Assembly: GCA_964521865.1 (NCBI GenBank)
Contig: CAZFTJ010000001.1
Location: 256,715 to 320,714 of the forward strand
Source of the DNA: an uncultured Spirochaetota bacterium
GTDB taxonomy: Bacteria; Spirochaetota; B62-G9; DRHN01
Length of the DNA: 64,000 bases
Reading direction: 5' to 3'
A program made the translations under genes and the position numbers. How positions within the stretch are numbered: position 1 is the first letter of the stretch; every line of letters begins with the position of its first letter. The notes beneath the pieces are model-generated. The model saw only the letters and a list, made by a program, of their open reading frames with translations. It was not told the origin of the DNA and did not search any database. Positions 1-10,800 of this stretch are shown piece after piece.

Positions 1-85
1 GGTATTTGTCAAACCAGCATATACTACATTCAAAAAGCAAATTGTTCTAAGACCCGATCTTCACAGTTTAGAAACTGTTAAGGTT

Positions 86-2464
86 TTGAAAGATGAAAAT
101 CAGAGAGATGTCTATTCATTTGAAATTAATCCGGAACAAACAGTAAGCTTTGATTGGGTAGTTTCTGATAATAAAGATTTTTCTTTAATACATGTCTCTA
201 ATTTTAGTGACTATTATTTAGAAAGTAATTTGTTGAGTAGTAAAATATCATCAGGACTCTTTTTTTATTTTGATTCAAACAAAGATCATATAGAAAACAG
301 AATAGTATACTCAGGTGACCCTTTTTTACTGTTCAATACTATAAAAACTGAGAAGATAATACTTGATTTGAAAACTGAAAAATTTATACCTAAGAACTTT
401 AAAAAGAAAGTATTACATAAATTTAATATTTATAAGTATAGAAATTGGCACTATGATAATTTAAATGCTCGTATAGAAGGCTTAACTAATGGCAATTTCG
501 TTGGGATTTTCAATGAGGGAGGTTACATAGTATTCCAAAAGGATATATCCCAAATTAATATACTGAAATATCCAGGAATTGGTTTGTATACAAAAATTAA
601 TAATATGGATATAGTTCTCGATATAAGAATCATTGCAAAAACAAATGGGAAAAAAGTTGTAATAAAAAATCGATTGAATGGAAATAATGGGTTTTATTTC
701 TTTAATCTTTTAGACTCGGTGCGGGAAAATGGTTTTGATGTAAATAAATTGAAATTTAAAGAAATAATTATAAGCTATTCAAGTTCTGATGTGGAAGTGG
801 CAAAAATAGAGTTGGATAAATTAATATTTTCTAAAATGGTTACAAAAGATAATGCGAATATTGATTATTTAAATGAGAATACAATAGAAAACGGTACATT
901 TATCAATGAGTTCCAGGAAGATAATTTAGAAATAAAAGATATAAAAACCATATTAAAAAATAATACTGATTATAAACAGACTGTTTTATTAAAAGGATTA
1001 TATTTAACTTCTGATGAAACAAAACAGGTGCCTGTGATATTTACCAAGTCATTTGACAAATTAATGAATTCGGAAAAAATTGATAAACTTATAGAATCAA
1101 ACCTATATGTCAATCCTGTAAAATTGTGGGAAGTAAAGAAAAAGGGAATATCCCTAGATAGAGAAAACATTTTTAAATACGTCAATAAGATCAATCCAAT
1201 TTTTCATACAAAGGTTAATAATTATTTTAATGGTCAGATTGTTGTTACTGCTGATATTACGAATTTGTTAGTTGGCTCTAGCCTTTATTTAAGAATAAAG
1301 GGGGAAAGGAGTGATAATGATTTTGAAGATATATATCCCTTATATAAGATAGATAATTTCAAATCGTTTTCCATGCAAAAAGTAGATGATAGATACCAGA
1401 TCACAGCCCAAGGGTCGTTTTTCTCTACGCAGGGTAGTACTGATGGAGATAAAATTGAAATAACCTTGGTTTTAAATAAACTTCCGCCATTCGATATTAA
1501 ACTTTTATTACCGAAATTAGAAAAAAATTTTGATTCCCTTGAAGCATTAAGTGTAAAAACTGAACTGCTTTATAATAATACTTTTATCGGCGATATTTCA
1601 TTGTTACTGAATTGCACTCAATTACCCCCTTTAGGTACTAAGTATCCTGTAAACATTAACGAGCTAAGCATCAATAAATTGGTCTATGAGAAAATACCAA
1701 ACAAACTCTCGGTCGAAGGCATTAGTATTAATCTTTTTAATGATAAAGATAGGATCTCAATTCCCGTTGCAACCCTATTTTCAAAAAATGATTTCTATAA
1801 TGGCGGAAGATGGGTAATAGCCGGTAATGCTCAGTTCAATCAAGGAAAGTACAGCATTGTTTCAAATAATTCTGATTATTATACCGTTGATGATGTTCTA
1901 TTGAAAAAAAGTAATATTATTATTGCGCCCAATAATAAGAGGCAGGCAAACATATCTGTTGATAATAATAATGTCAGGAAAAAAATATTAAAGTATATTG
2001 CAGTACTTCTTATTATAGCCTTACTTATAATAACATTGTTTGTAATAAGGAGGTATTTTCTAATAGATAGGTTAATTGCAATAATAGATTTAATAATGCA
2101 TATAAAAACTGTTTTTTTCTTAATACAATTCCTGCTGATCGTATTAATGCTCTATTTATTTGCAAAATACAATTATGTGGGTAATGTAACTAGTCCTGCT
2201 ATCATATTTCTCATTATTTATAGTTTCTTTGTAAGGTATTATATACGTCCGTTTCTTGTAAAGAAATGGAGCTATTTTGAAAAAAATAAAACAGCGCCGT
2301 ATTTTGGTCTTGCAATTATCCTATTATTATTTACTGCTGTTATACTGGCCTCAGGAAATGAGACAGTGGCCGAATCTATTGCCATACTAGTCTATTTTCT
2401 TCTCGTTGAGGGAGTAATAATTGCACTGAAAGAATTCTTATCAAAGAGAATAGATACGTTTTAA
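86..2464 (+). CDS. Hypothetical N/K-rich membrane protein (large N-terminal soluble region, C-terminal ~150 aa with several TM helices); first gene of polysaccharide locus
   Basis: 792-aa ORF in a very AT-rich region. The C-terminal segment IAVLLIIALLIITLFVI...FLIQFLLIVLMLYLF...LAIILLLFTAVILA is hydrophobic helices. I recognise no catalytic motif. It sits directly upstream of the ABC-2 exporter genes. Confidence 0.45.
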   Translation: MKDENQRDVYSFEINPEQTVSFDWVVSDNKDFSLIHVSNFSDYYLESNLLSSKISSGLFFYFDSNKDHIENRIVYSGDPFLLFNTIKTEKIILDLKTEKFIPKNFKKKVLHKFNIYKYRNWHYDNLNARIEGLTNGNFVGIFNEGGYIVFQKDISQINILKYPGIGLYTKINNMDIVLDIRIIAKTNGKKVVIKNRLNGNNGFYFFNLLDSVRENGFDVNKLKFKEIIISYSSSDVEVAKIELDKLIFSKMVTKDNANIDYLNENTIENGTFINEFQEDNLEIKDIKTILKNNTDYKQTVLLKGLYLTSDETKQVPVIFTKSFDKLMNSEKIDKLIESNLYVNPVKLWEVKKKGISLDRENIFKYVNKINPIFHTKVNNYFNGQIVVTADITNLLVGSSLYLRIKGERSDNDFEDIYPLYKIDNFKSFSMQKVDDRYQITAQGSFFSTQGSTDGDKIEITLVLNKLPPFDIKLLLPKLEKNFDSLEALSVKTELLYNNTFIGDISLLLNCTQLPPLGTKYPVNINELSINKLVYEKIPNKLSVEGISINLFNDKDRISIPVATLFSKNDFYNGGRWVIAGNAQFNQGKYSIVSNNSDYYTVDDVLLKKSNIIIAPNNKRQANISVDNNNVRKKILKYIAVLLIIALLIITLFVIRRYFLIDRLIAIIDLIMHIKTVFFLIQFLLIVLMLYLFAKYNYVGNVTSPAIIFLIIYSFFVRYYIRPFLVKKWSYFEKNKTAPYFGLAIILLLFTAVILASGNETVAESIAILVYFLLVEGVIIALKEFLSKRIDTF

Positions 2465-2495
2465 TCATTATACAAATACTCTTAATATCTAATAA

Positions 2496-3263
2496 ATGAA
2501 AACTCATAACAATTATTCTTATCTTATTCAGCAGTTTACAATCACTGATTTCAAACTCAGGTACAGTCATTCAATTCTCGGCTATCTCTGGTCGCTTCTC
2601 AACCCACTTTTAATGTTTGGTGTTTTATATGTTGTCTTTTCAATTTTTATGCGTTTCGGTGGAGTGAAGCATTATCAAATCTATCTTCTTTCCGGGATAA
2701 TACTATGGAATTTCTTTTCGGAAACAACCAGCTCAGGTATGACTTCACTTTTAACGAAGTCATCATTGTTAAATAAAGTTTATTTCCCTCGAATAATTAT
2801 CCCATTAAGCTCTACCTTGACGAATGCAATAACACTTTTTTTAAATATAGTGATTTTTTCTGTATTTTTAATTATTGCAAAAGTCAGGGTGACTTATGCA
2901 GCAATTTTTAGTCTATTGACTCTTATTGAATTAGTGATGCTAGCTTTTGGCGTTTCTATGATTTTGAGCTCATTTTACCTGAAATTCAGGGATTTATCAC
3001 ATATATGGGGAGTTTTTTTACAGCTTGGATTTTGGGGCACACCGATTATTTATCCAGTGGATATAGTTCCTGCTCGATTTCACATATTGTTCAAAATTAA
3101 TCCAATGGCCCGTCTTATTAATAATTTTCGTATGGCGGTCATATTTGGTGAGATTCCAGGTTTTCGTAATATAGTATATAACTTGGTGCTGGTATTGAGC
3201 CTGTTCTTTTTCGGCCTTATTGTATACCAAAAGCGGCAAAAATATTTTGCGGAATGGTTGTGA
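2496..3263 (+). CDS. ABC-2 type polysaccharide/teichoic-acid exporter permease (Wzm/TagG family)
   Basis: 255 aa with six predicted TM helices and the typical ABC-2 N-terminus (FTITDFKLRYSHSILGYLWSLLNPLLMFGVLYVVF). Its 3' end overlaps the next ATPase gene, suggesting translational coupling. Confidence 0.8.
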   Translation: MKTHNNYSYLIQQFTITDFKLRYSHSILGYLWSLLNPLLMFGVLYVVFSIFMRFGGVKHYQIYLLSGIILWNFFSETTSSGMTSLLTKSSLLNKVYFPRIIIPLSSTLTNAITLFLNIVIFSVFLIIAKVRVTYAAIFSLLTLIELVMLAFGVSMILSSFYLKFRDLSHIWGVFLQLGFWGTPIIYPVDIVPARFHILFKINPMARLINNFRMAVIFGEIPGFRNIVYNLVLVLSLFFFGLIVYQKRQKYFAEWL

Positions 3264-3994
3264 TGAAAAGCTTAATCAAACTGATCAATGTTTCTAAAAT
3301 GTACAAAATACCACATTTACGAGCAAATAGTCTTAAAAGTTACATAATCCACTTTAATAAAATGCGTACTTATGAGCAGTTTTATGCTTTAAGAAACATC
3401 AATCTCGAAATAAATGAAGGGGAGTTCATTGGAATTATAGGTAGAAATGGATCCGGGAAATCAACGCTACTAAAGATGGTTGCTGGTATATTGTATCCAA
3501 CAAATGGACAGGTCATCGTCAATGAAAAACTTTCTCCTTTTTTAGAGCTTGGTGTTGGATTCAATCCTGAGCTTTCAGCAAAGGAGAATATATTTTTGTA
3601 CAGCTCTATTTTAGGATTAACAAAAAGAGAAACTCTTGAAAAGGTATCTGAGATACTCGCTTTCTCGGAGCTCGAGCAGTTTGTTGACTCACCTTTGAAA
3701 ACATTTTCAAGTGGTATGCAGGTTAGACTTGCTTTTTCAGTTGCTATACAATCTCCTGCACCTATTCTACTCGTCGATGAGGTTCTGGCTGTGGGTGATG
3801 CACCTTTTCAGGAAAAATGTTTCAAAGTATTTGAACGATTTAAAAAAAATGGTAAGACAATATTATATGTAAGTCATGATATGGGATCGATATCAAGATT
3901 TTGTGATAAAGTAGGATATTTGAAAAGAGGAGAGGAACTTCAATTTGGGGAGCCTGAAAAAATAATTGGTATGTATCTGCATGATATTGCTTAA
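3254..3994 (+). CDS. ABC transporter ATP-binding protein (Wzt/TagH family, short form without C-terminal carbohydrate-binding domain)
   Basis: Walker A GIIGRNGSGKSTLLK, ABC signature FSSGMQVRLAFSVA, Walker B ILLVDEVLAVGD and an H-loop (YVSHD). It is only 246 aa. Confidence 0.85.
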   Translation: MVVMKSLIKLINVSKMYKIPHLRANSLKSYIIHFNKMRTYEQFYALRNINLEINEGEFIGIIGRNGSGKSTLLKMVAGILYPTNGQVIVNEKLSPFLELGVGFNPELSAKENIFLYSSILGLTKRETLEKVSEILAFSELEQFVDSPLKTFSSGMQVRLAFSVAIQSPAPILLVDEVLAVGDAPFQEKCFKVFERFKKNGKTILYVSHDMGSISRFCDKVGYLKRGEELQFGEPEKIIGMYLHDIA

Positions 3995-3997
3995 TAG

Positions 3998-5062
3998 GTG
4001 TGCGATAAAATGAACTCTAAAAAAAAGATCCACCCCATTAAAATCGTTAATAGTATTGCACCAATCAGAATTTGTGATAACGGTGGTTGGACGGATACAT
4101 GGTTTGCCGAACACGGAAAAATATTCAATATAGGGGTGTATCCTTATGCTGAGGTGCAGATTGAGGTTTTTCTAAATGAAAGTCAGGAAGATAGAATTAT
4201 CATCAATGCAGAAAATTTCGGCGAAAAGTATATCGTTCGGCCTGAAAACCTTGGTTGGGACCGTCATCCGTTATTAGAAGCCGCAATTGAAAAAATGAAC
4301 ATACCTGACGAATATGCCTTTCAAGTAACTATTTTTTCAGAAGCACCGAGCGGCGCCTCAACGGGTACATCGGCATCTGTCACCGTTGCTCTCATCGGTG
4401 CACTCGATTGCCTTACTCCTGGACGTATGACTCCACATGAAGTAGCCTATACTGCTCAATCAATAGAAGTCGATATGCTAAAACAGCAATGTGGAATTCA
4501 AGACCAGTTGTGCTCTGCTTATGGAGGAATAAATTACATTGAAATGTTTAAATACCCCTATGCCACTGTTTCTCAAATTAATATACCAAATTCCATATGG
4601 TGGGAACTGGAACGGCGCTTTGTTTTGATCTTCCTTGGAAAATCCCACAGCTCCTCAAAAGTTCATGAAGCTGTTATAAAAGAACTTGAAGACGGAGGGC
4701 CTGATAATAAAAAAATAAATGATCTAAGGCAAACTGCAGGTAAATCCCGAGATGCGGTATATGCGGGTGATTTTAAGAAGCTTGGCGAGGCAATGATAGA
4801 AAACACCGATGCACAGCTACGACTCCATCCAGAGCTTATTAGCTGGGATGCATACCGAGTTATAGAGATTGCAAAAGAATTCGGTGTGCTTGGGTGGAAG
4901 GTAAACGGAGCTGGAGGTGAAGGAGGTTCAATTACTTTACTTTGTAACTCGCTTTCTCACATAAAACGCTCTATGATTAGGGAGATCGAACAGGATAACA
5001 AGTTGTTTAAAAATATTCCTATATATTTAAGTAGGTTTGGATTGCGTGTATGGGAATATTAG
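3998..5062 (+). CDS. GHMP-family sugar kinase (HddA/fucokinase-like)
   Basis: GHMP motif PSGASTGTSASVTVALIGAL, an N-terminal GGWTD motif and a C-terminal GAGGEG motif. Confidence 0.7.
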   Translation: MCDKMNSKKKIHPIKIVNSIAPIRICDNGGWTDTWFAEHGKIFNIGVYPYAEVQIEVFLNESQEDRIIINAENFGEKYIVRPENLGWDRHPLLEAAIEKMNIPDEYAFQVTIFSEAPSGASTGTSASVTVALIGALDCLTPGRMTPHEVAYTAQSIEVDMLKQQCGIQDQLCSAYGGINYIEMFKYPYATVSQINIPNSIWWELERRFVLIFLGKSHSSSKVHEAVIKELEDGGPDNKKINDLRQTAGKSRDAVYAGDFKKLGEAMIENTDAQLRLHPELISWDAYRVIEIAKEFGVLGWKVNGAGGEGGSITLLCNSLSHIKRSMIREIEQDNKLFKNIPIYLSRFGLRVWEY

Positions 5063-5271
5063 GGCTCAAAAAGATAAGGATATTGAATAGATATTTTCAG
5101 TTTGAAGATAAAAATAATGATTATGTATAATGTAGATACTCAAAATTTTATTTAATATTGTCGGCTCTCCAAGAGTAAAAAAAGAAACATTCTTCTGCTT
5201 ATTTTGTAACCCTATAATGACAAAATGTCAAATTGTACTATTTTATCTAATTATTAAGGGGATGCTCGTTA

Positions 5272-6651
5272 ATGAAAATTGGTATAGATGGAAGACTCTT
5301 AGTAAGGAATATTACGGGGCTAGAAAGATTAATTTACAATCTTGCAATTAATTTAGATAAAATTGATACACAAGATAATGAAATATATTTGTACACTTCA
5401 GATAGTAATCAAACGGATTTATTGTTTTTTAATAAAATTAAAACAAGGAATATTGATGTATTATTTAATGATATAGCAAATAAAGAAATAGAATTGTTCC
5501 ATATGACTTATAAACCTCAGTCCATCGAGGATGTTTTAGATTTTGTTGGGATAAATTATGTTTTTACACTCAATGATTTAATTGCTTATAATTTTAAATA
5601 TAAAAGAGAGGAATCTGATTTTGATTATTACAGAAAAGTTTTAGAATTCACAGTTTATGGTGCAAATAAAATTATTGCCTTATCAAATCATAATAAAAGC
5701 GATGTTTTAGAAAAATTCCAAGTCGATGAGAGTATGATAGAGATTATTTATCCAGGCATAGATAGTAGAAAATTTGTTAAAATAGATAATGATACGATAA
5801 CAAATTTTAAGAAGACGTACGAACTTCCACAATCTTACCTCTTATATTTGGGGACAGATTATCCACATAAAAACCTTAAAAACTTATTTCTATCATTTAA
5901 ACAATTAATTAATATCAAAGAATTTAAGGATGTTTATTTAGTTATTGCGGGGGAATCTCGTTATGGTAAAGATCATATAGTCAATGAAATAAAGGAAATT
6001 AAAGATAATCTTATATTACTAAATCATTTCCCTGAACAAAATATTGTTGAATTATATAACGGAGCTCTCGCCTTTATTTATCCTTCTCTTTATGAAGGAT
6101 TTGGTTTTCCTCCTCTTGAAGCTATGGCATGTGGCATTCCTGTTATAGCTTCTAAAGCTACATCCATACCGGAGGTTGTCGGAAATGCAGGCCTCTTTGT
6201 AGATGCTGAAAATATTGATGAATTATCAGAAGCAATGGAAAAATTATTAACAGACAACGAATTAAGAAAGGCATTAGTAGCGAGAGGATATGAGCGTGTA
6301 AAATTTTTTAATTGGGAAATAACTGCAAAAAAAACATTAGAATTATATAAGAGTGTTATACGAGAAAAATCTAATTCGTTAACCTACTTTAAACGAAGTG
6401 TGTTTCAATTAAATAAATATATTAAAGAAAACGAATTATTAAATGAAAGAAATCTAAAAATTAATAAGCTTCAAAAGTCAATAAATGAAAAAGACAAACA
6501 AATATTAAATTTGGAAATCAGACTTCAACAAATTCTAACTTCAAAAGGATGGAAATTGCTTAATGTACTTCGTAAGTTAAAATTTCATTTGTACTTAAAA
6601 CCGCTTACGTTTATCAAAACGGGGTTGCGGAATTATAGGAATAAGGATTAA
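5272..6651 (+). CDS. Glycosyltransferase family 1 (GT4-like) with ~100 aa C-terminal coiled-coil/amphipathic extension
   Basis: EX7E-type motif EGFGFPPLEAMACGIPVIAS. The C-terminus (…INKLQKSINEKDKQILNLEIRLQQILTSKGWKLL…) lies beyond the GT-B fold. A TATAAT-like box and an AAGGGG RBS lie upstream. Confidence 0.8.
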   Translation: MKIGIDGRLLVRNITGLERLIYNLAINLDKIDTQDNEIYLYTSDSNQTDLLFFNKIKTRNIDVLFNDIANKEIELFHMTYKPQSIEDVLDFVGINYVFTLNDLIAYNFKYKREESDFDYYRKVLEFTVYGANKIIALSNHNKSDVLEKFQVDESMIEIIYPGIDSRKFVKIDNDTITNFKKTYELPQSYLLYLGTDYPHKNLKNLFLSFKQLINIKEFKDVYLVIAGESRYGKDHIVNEIKEIKDNLILLNHFPEQNIVELYNGALAFIYPSLYEGFGFPPLEAMACGIPVIASKATSIPEVVGNAGLFVDAENIDELSEAMEKLLTDNELRKALVARGYERVKFFNWEITAKKTLELYKSVIREKSNSLTYFKRSVFQLNKYIKENELLNERNLKINKLQKSINEKDKQILNLEIRLQQILTSKGWKLLNVLRKLKFHLYLKPLTFIKTGLRNYRNKD

Positions 6652-6844
6652 TGGGAACTGTAAAAAATATATTTGCTTATTTTTTACATAGATAATAATT
6701 CGCACTACACTTTGGACATTATTGTTGAAGTTTGTAATTCTGCTTCTAGTTATTTAATTTAGGGTTTTATTAGAGATACTTTTTACACAGTTTGTATGAA
6801 GGTGGTCGTTTGCTTAATGAATACTATGGGTGATGTTAATATAG

Positions 6845-8740
6845 TTGTTGATCCTGGGTTATTATACTTGCCTATTTACACGAAAATATGCACAAGGGAA
6901 CATTATTATGAAATTTAAATATATTTTAAGATTAACAAATTTGTTTAAACGTACAATTTTTTATATAAAAAATTATGGTTTGATTTTTACTTTTCGTAAA
7001 GGATCAATTTTTATAAAAAAATACTTTAATAGAGGGATCAATGATTATTTTTTATGGATAAAGATTAACGAGCCAAATTCAAAAGATCTTAAAAAGTTGA
7101 AAGGGAAATCAGACTTATTGAATAATAAACTTAAAATCTCTATTATAATGCCTGTTTATAAAGTTAAAAAATCTTTACTTGATAGTGCAATTTTATCTGT
7201 TGTAAATCAGATTTATGCCAATTGGGAATTATGTATTGTTGATGATGCTTCTAATAAAGATTATATAAGAGAACTATTAAAGGAATGGAAGGAAAAGGAT
7301 AATAGAATAAAGGTTAAGTTTTTAATAGAAAACAAAGGTATTTCTATTGCTTCTAATAAAGCACTTTCTCTTGCCGCTGGCGATTATATTGGTTTTCTTG
7401 ATCATGATGATATGCTTGCACCTTTTGCATTATATGAAGTAGTAAAATTACTCAATGGACACCCTGAAGCGGATATGGTTTATAGTGACGAAGACAAAAT
7501 TGATATCAATGGGAATAGAAGCGAACCATTTTTTAAACCAAATTGGTCTCCTGATCTCTTTTTATCCAATATGTATACATGTCATTTTGCTGTATACAGG
7601 AAAAAAATAATTGATTCAATTGGAGGTTTTAGAGAAGGATTTGAAGGAAGTCAGGATTATGATTTAGTGTTAAGATTTGCTGAAAAAACAGATAAGATAT
7701 TTCATATTCCTAAGATATTATACCATTGGAGAATGCTGAGTAGTTCAACTTCATATAATCCTGCTTCTAAATCGTATGCTTTTAAAAATGGTCTTAAAGC
7801 TATTGAAGAGGCTTTGTCAAGACGGCAAGAAAAAGGATGGGTAGAAGAAATTGAAAATTATCCAGGTTCATATAGAGTTCATTATAACGTTCAAAACGGT
7901 AATTTAATTAGCATTATAATTCCTACAAGAGATAAATCTTCACTTTTAAACAAATGTATTCAAAGTATATTTGAACAATCTACATATAAACAGTATGAAA
8001 TTATTGTAATAGATAACAGGAGTAAAGAGCCAAAAACATTGGAAATTTTTAATTATTGGGAACATAAAGAATCAAAAAGATTTAGAGTAGAAGCACTTGA
8101 TATAGATTTTAATTATCCTAAACTAAATAATTTTGGAGCAGTAAAAAGTTATGGCGATGTGTTATTATTTTTAAATAATGATATTGAAGTAATCACAAAA
8201 AATTGGTTAGAAGAAATGCTTGGTTTTACCATTAGAAAGAATGTAGGAGTAGTTGGAACTAAGCTATTATACCCAAATAATAAAATACAGCATGCAGGTG
8301 TTATTCTTGGAGTTGGAGGCGTAGCAGGCCATAGCCACAAATATTTTCATGTATCTGAAAATGGCTATTTTTCAAGACTTTTACATATTTCAAATTACTC
8401 TGCTATAACAGGTGCGTGTATGATGGTTGAAAAAAAAATATTTAATAAAATTGGTGGGTTTGATGAAAATTTAGCAGTTGCGTTTAATGACGTAGATTTG
8501 TGTCTAAAAATAAGAAATAGTGGTTATTATAACGTAGTTTTACCACATGTAATGCTGTATCATCATGAATCGAAGAGTAGAGGTTATGAAGATACAAAAG
8601 AGAGAAAAAAAAGATTTAATAAAGAAGTCGACTATATGATCGAAAGGTGGGGTGATGATCTAAAGGATGATCCTTTTTACAATCAGAATTTAACATTAGA
8701 AAGAGAAGATTTTAGCATTGGATTAGAAAGAAGTTTATAA
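6845..8740 (+). CDS. Dual-domain family-2 glycosyltransferase (two GT-A modules)
   Basis: Module 1: IIMPVYKVKK…IVDDASNKD…FLDHDD. Module 2: ISIIIPTRDKS…IIVIDNRSKEP…NNDIEV. The likely true start is the ATG at 6908 (MKFKYIL), preceded by AAGGGA. Confidence 0.8.
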   Translation: MLILGYYTCLFTRKYAQGNIIMKFKYILRLTNLFKRTIFYIKNYGLIFTFRKGSIFIKKYFNRGINDYFLWIKINEPNSKDLKKLKGKSDLLNNKLKISIIMPVYKVKKSLLDSAILSVVNQIYANWELCIVDDASNKDYIRELLKEWKEKDNRIKVKFLIENKGISIASNKALSLAAGDYIGFLDHDDMLAPFALYEVVKLLNGHPEADMVYSDEDKIDINGNRSEPFFKPNWSPDLFLSNMYTCHFAVYRKKIIDSIGGFREGFEGSQDYDLVLRFAEKTDKIFHIPKILYHWRMLSSSTSYNPASKSYAFKNGLKAIEEALSRRQEKGWVEEIENYPGSYRVHYNVQNGNLISIIIPTRDKSSLLNKCIQSIFEQSTYKQYEIIVIDNRSKEPKTLEIFNYWEHKESKRFRVEALDIDFNYPKLNNFGAVKSYGDVLLFLNNDIEVITKNWLEEMLGFTIRKNVGVVGTKLLYPNNKIQHAGVILGVGGVAGHSHKYFHVSENGYFSRLLHISNYSAITGACMMVEKKIFNKIGGFDENLAVAFNDVDLCLKIRNSGYYNVVLPHVMLYHHESKSRGYEDTKERKKRFNKEVDYMIERWGDDLKDDPFYNQNLTLEREDFSIGLERSL

Positions 8741-8847
8741 AAGCATATTTTAAACTTGACTGTATTTTTACAGCTTTTATGATCATTATCATTATCCGAG
8801 TTAAAAAAAGATAGATCCACTTTTCGAAATGTGGAAATGATTAATTA

Positions 8848-10800
8848 ATGAAGTTTACTATAAAAATTAGAAATTTATATATTTTTATTATTTTCATATT
8901 TTTTATATTATTTATATTTATAATTAATGATTTTCATTATTTAGTGTTTAGTATCCTTTTTATAAATGTTCTTTCATATTTTTTAGGATTAATCCTGCTG
9001 AATCTATTAAAAATACAGAATTCTTCCAATAATTATATATCAACAGTCGTATTAGGATTATCAATTATTATTATATTAACTAATTTATGGTTTTTATTGA
9101 ATCGTAGTGTTTCAATCATATTTTTACGGATAGTTTTTTTAATTATATTTGGATACGGTTTGTTTATTTTTCATCGTAAGTATGCAAAAGATAATTCTAA
9201 ACTTAAACAATATTTTTTTAGTAATATAGATAAAGAAAATTTTATAATTTTTATTTTCATTTTTATTTTATTATTTATCGTATTATTCCCTTTAAGAGGT
9301 TTGTATGTCGCTCCCCTCCATGACCCGCTTGCTATTTCTTTAATATCAAAGAATATTGTTAAAGGCAATTTTACATTAAATTTGTTATCCAGTAGTATGC
9401 AATTTTATCCTAATGGATTAGCTGTGCTTGTTTCTTTAATAAGTGCAATTTTCAAGCTCGATTATGCAAAGGAACTTTTATATATAACAAATATATTTAA
9501 TTTTTTAACAGGGATTGCTTTTTATTATTTAGGTAGAGAAATATTTCAGAAAAAGATTGGTGGTAGCATATGTTTGTTCGTATCAATGTTTGTTTCTTAT
9601 TTCCCTCTATCCCTTTATTATATAGCTGGGAAAAATGCCCAAATATTAGGATATTTCACTTCCATTATTGCTGTATATTATATGTTAAAAATTATCAATA
9701 CAATAGAGTTTAATTATAAAAATGCAATTATTCTTGCAATATTACTAGCGGGCAGCCATTATTCACACTATAATTCTACTGTATTCATTATAGGAATATT
9801 TTTAGGTGTTTTTATTTTAATGGTGGCTTTTCCTCGTATATATAAAATGAGGGTTTCAAATATTTTATTAAATTATGGACTAATTATTATTTTAATGTTG
9901 ATTTTGTTAATACCGAATTTATTGATTATAAAAAAAGTAGGGGGAGTTAAGTTTGATGTAACAAGTAAGGTTTTTATAAGTAAAATAACATTAAGTTCCT
10001 TTGTTAAATCGTTTTTAATACATACTAAGTTAACGGCTGGAAAAATATTAAAATATGTGTGGTTGAGTGGATTAATAACGATTATTCCTATAATAATCTT
10101 AAAAAAATATACATATTTAAAAATTTATATATTATTATTGATTATTTTATCATGGATTATGTTTTTAACATCTGGTATTTCTGAAAAGTATAATTTGTTT
10201 TTTATTTCAAGCAGTTTCAGTGCAATGCTTACTTTTATACCTTTAGTTTTATTTTTTTCTTTTTTTATTTTATTTTTATTTGAAATGATGCCAAAGAAAT
10301 ATATCAACATTTTGTTATTAATTATCATTATTACTTCAATACTCAGTGGACTTTGGAGACTTGATAAATATGAAAATGCAAGAAAACGGTCTGTCGTTAG
10401 TAAAGATGATATCAAAGCCTTTCACTGGATTAATAGAAATATAAAAGATAATATGTTTTTTATAGGTCGGGTTGCATTTACGAGCACCTCGTTTTTAACA
10501 GATGCAGCATTATATATTCCTTATTATTGTAATAAAGATATACTGTTAAACTTTGTTGGCACTGAGAATTTTGACAGGGATAATAAAAATGATATACAGC
10601 TTTATAAGACATGGATTAGCGATTTTGGCAAAAAAGAAACAATCGAAAAATTATTAATTAAAAATATTAAATATATTTATATTGCAAAAAAGTCTGTTTT
10701 TGGTAATGGTGGGTTGAAACAAGAGGATCTTGAAAAATATAAAGACTTATATAAAAAAATATATAGTCACAAAGGCACAACGATTTGGAAAATTAATTGA
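8848..10800 (+). CDS. Polytopic membrane protein, GT-C-like glycosyltransferase (ArnT/GtrC/PMT-like) or polymerase
   Basis: 650 aa, with ~12 N-terminal TM helices followed by a ~200 aa soluble C-terminal domain. The genomic context (GtrB-like synthase, small 4-TM protein, DUF2304-like gene) supports a lipid-linked sugar transferase role. Confidence 0.5.
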   Translation: MKFTIKIRNLYIFIIFIFFILFIFIINDFHYLVFSILFINVLSYFLGLILLNLLKIQNSSNNYISTVVLGLSIIIILTNLWFLLNRSVSIIFLRIVFLIIFGYGLFIFHRKYAKDNSKLKQYFFSNIDKENFIIFIFIFILLFIVLFPLRGLYVAPLHDPLAISLISKNIVKGNFTLNLLSSSMQFYPNGLAVLVSLISAIFKLDYAKELLYITNIFNFLTGIAFYYLGREIFQKKIGGSICLFVSMFVSYFPLSLYYIAGKNAQILGYFTSIIAVYYMLKIINTIEFNYKNAIILAILLAGSHYSHYNSTVFIIGIFLGVFILMVAFPRIYKMRVSNILLNYGLIIILMLILLIPNLLIIKKVGGVKFDVTSKVFISKITLSSFVKSFLIHTKLTAGKILKYVWLSGLITIIPIIILKKYTYLKIYILLLIILSWIMFLTSGISEKYNLFFISSSFSAMLTFIPLVLFFSFFILFLFEMMPKKYINILLLIIIITSILSGLWRLDKYENARKRSVVSKDDIKAFHWINRNIKDNMFFIGRVAFTSTSFLTDAALYIPYYCNKDILLNFVGTENFDRDNKNDIQLYKTWISDFGKKETIEKLLIKNIKYIYIAKKSVFGNGGLKQEDLEKYKDLYKKIYSHKGTTIWKIN

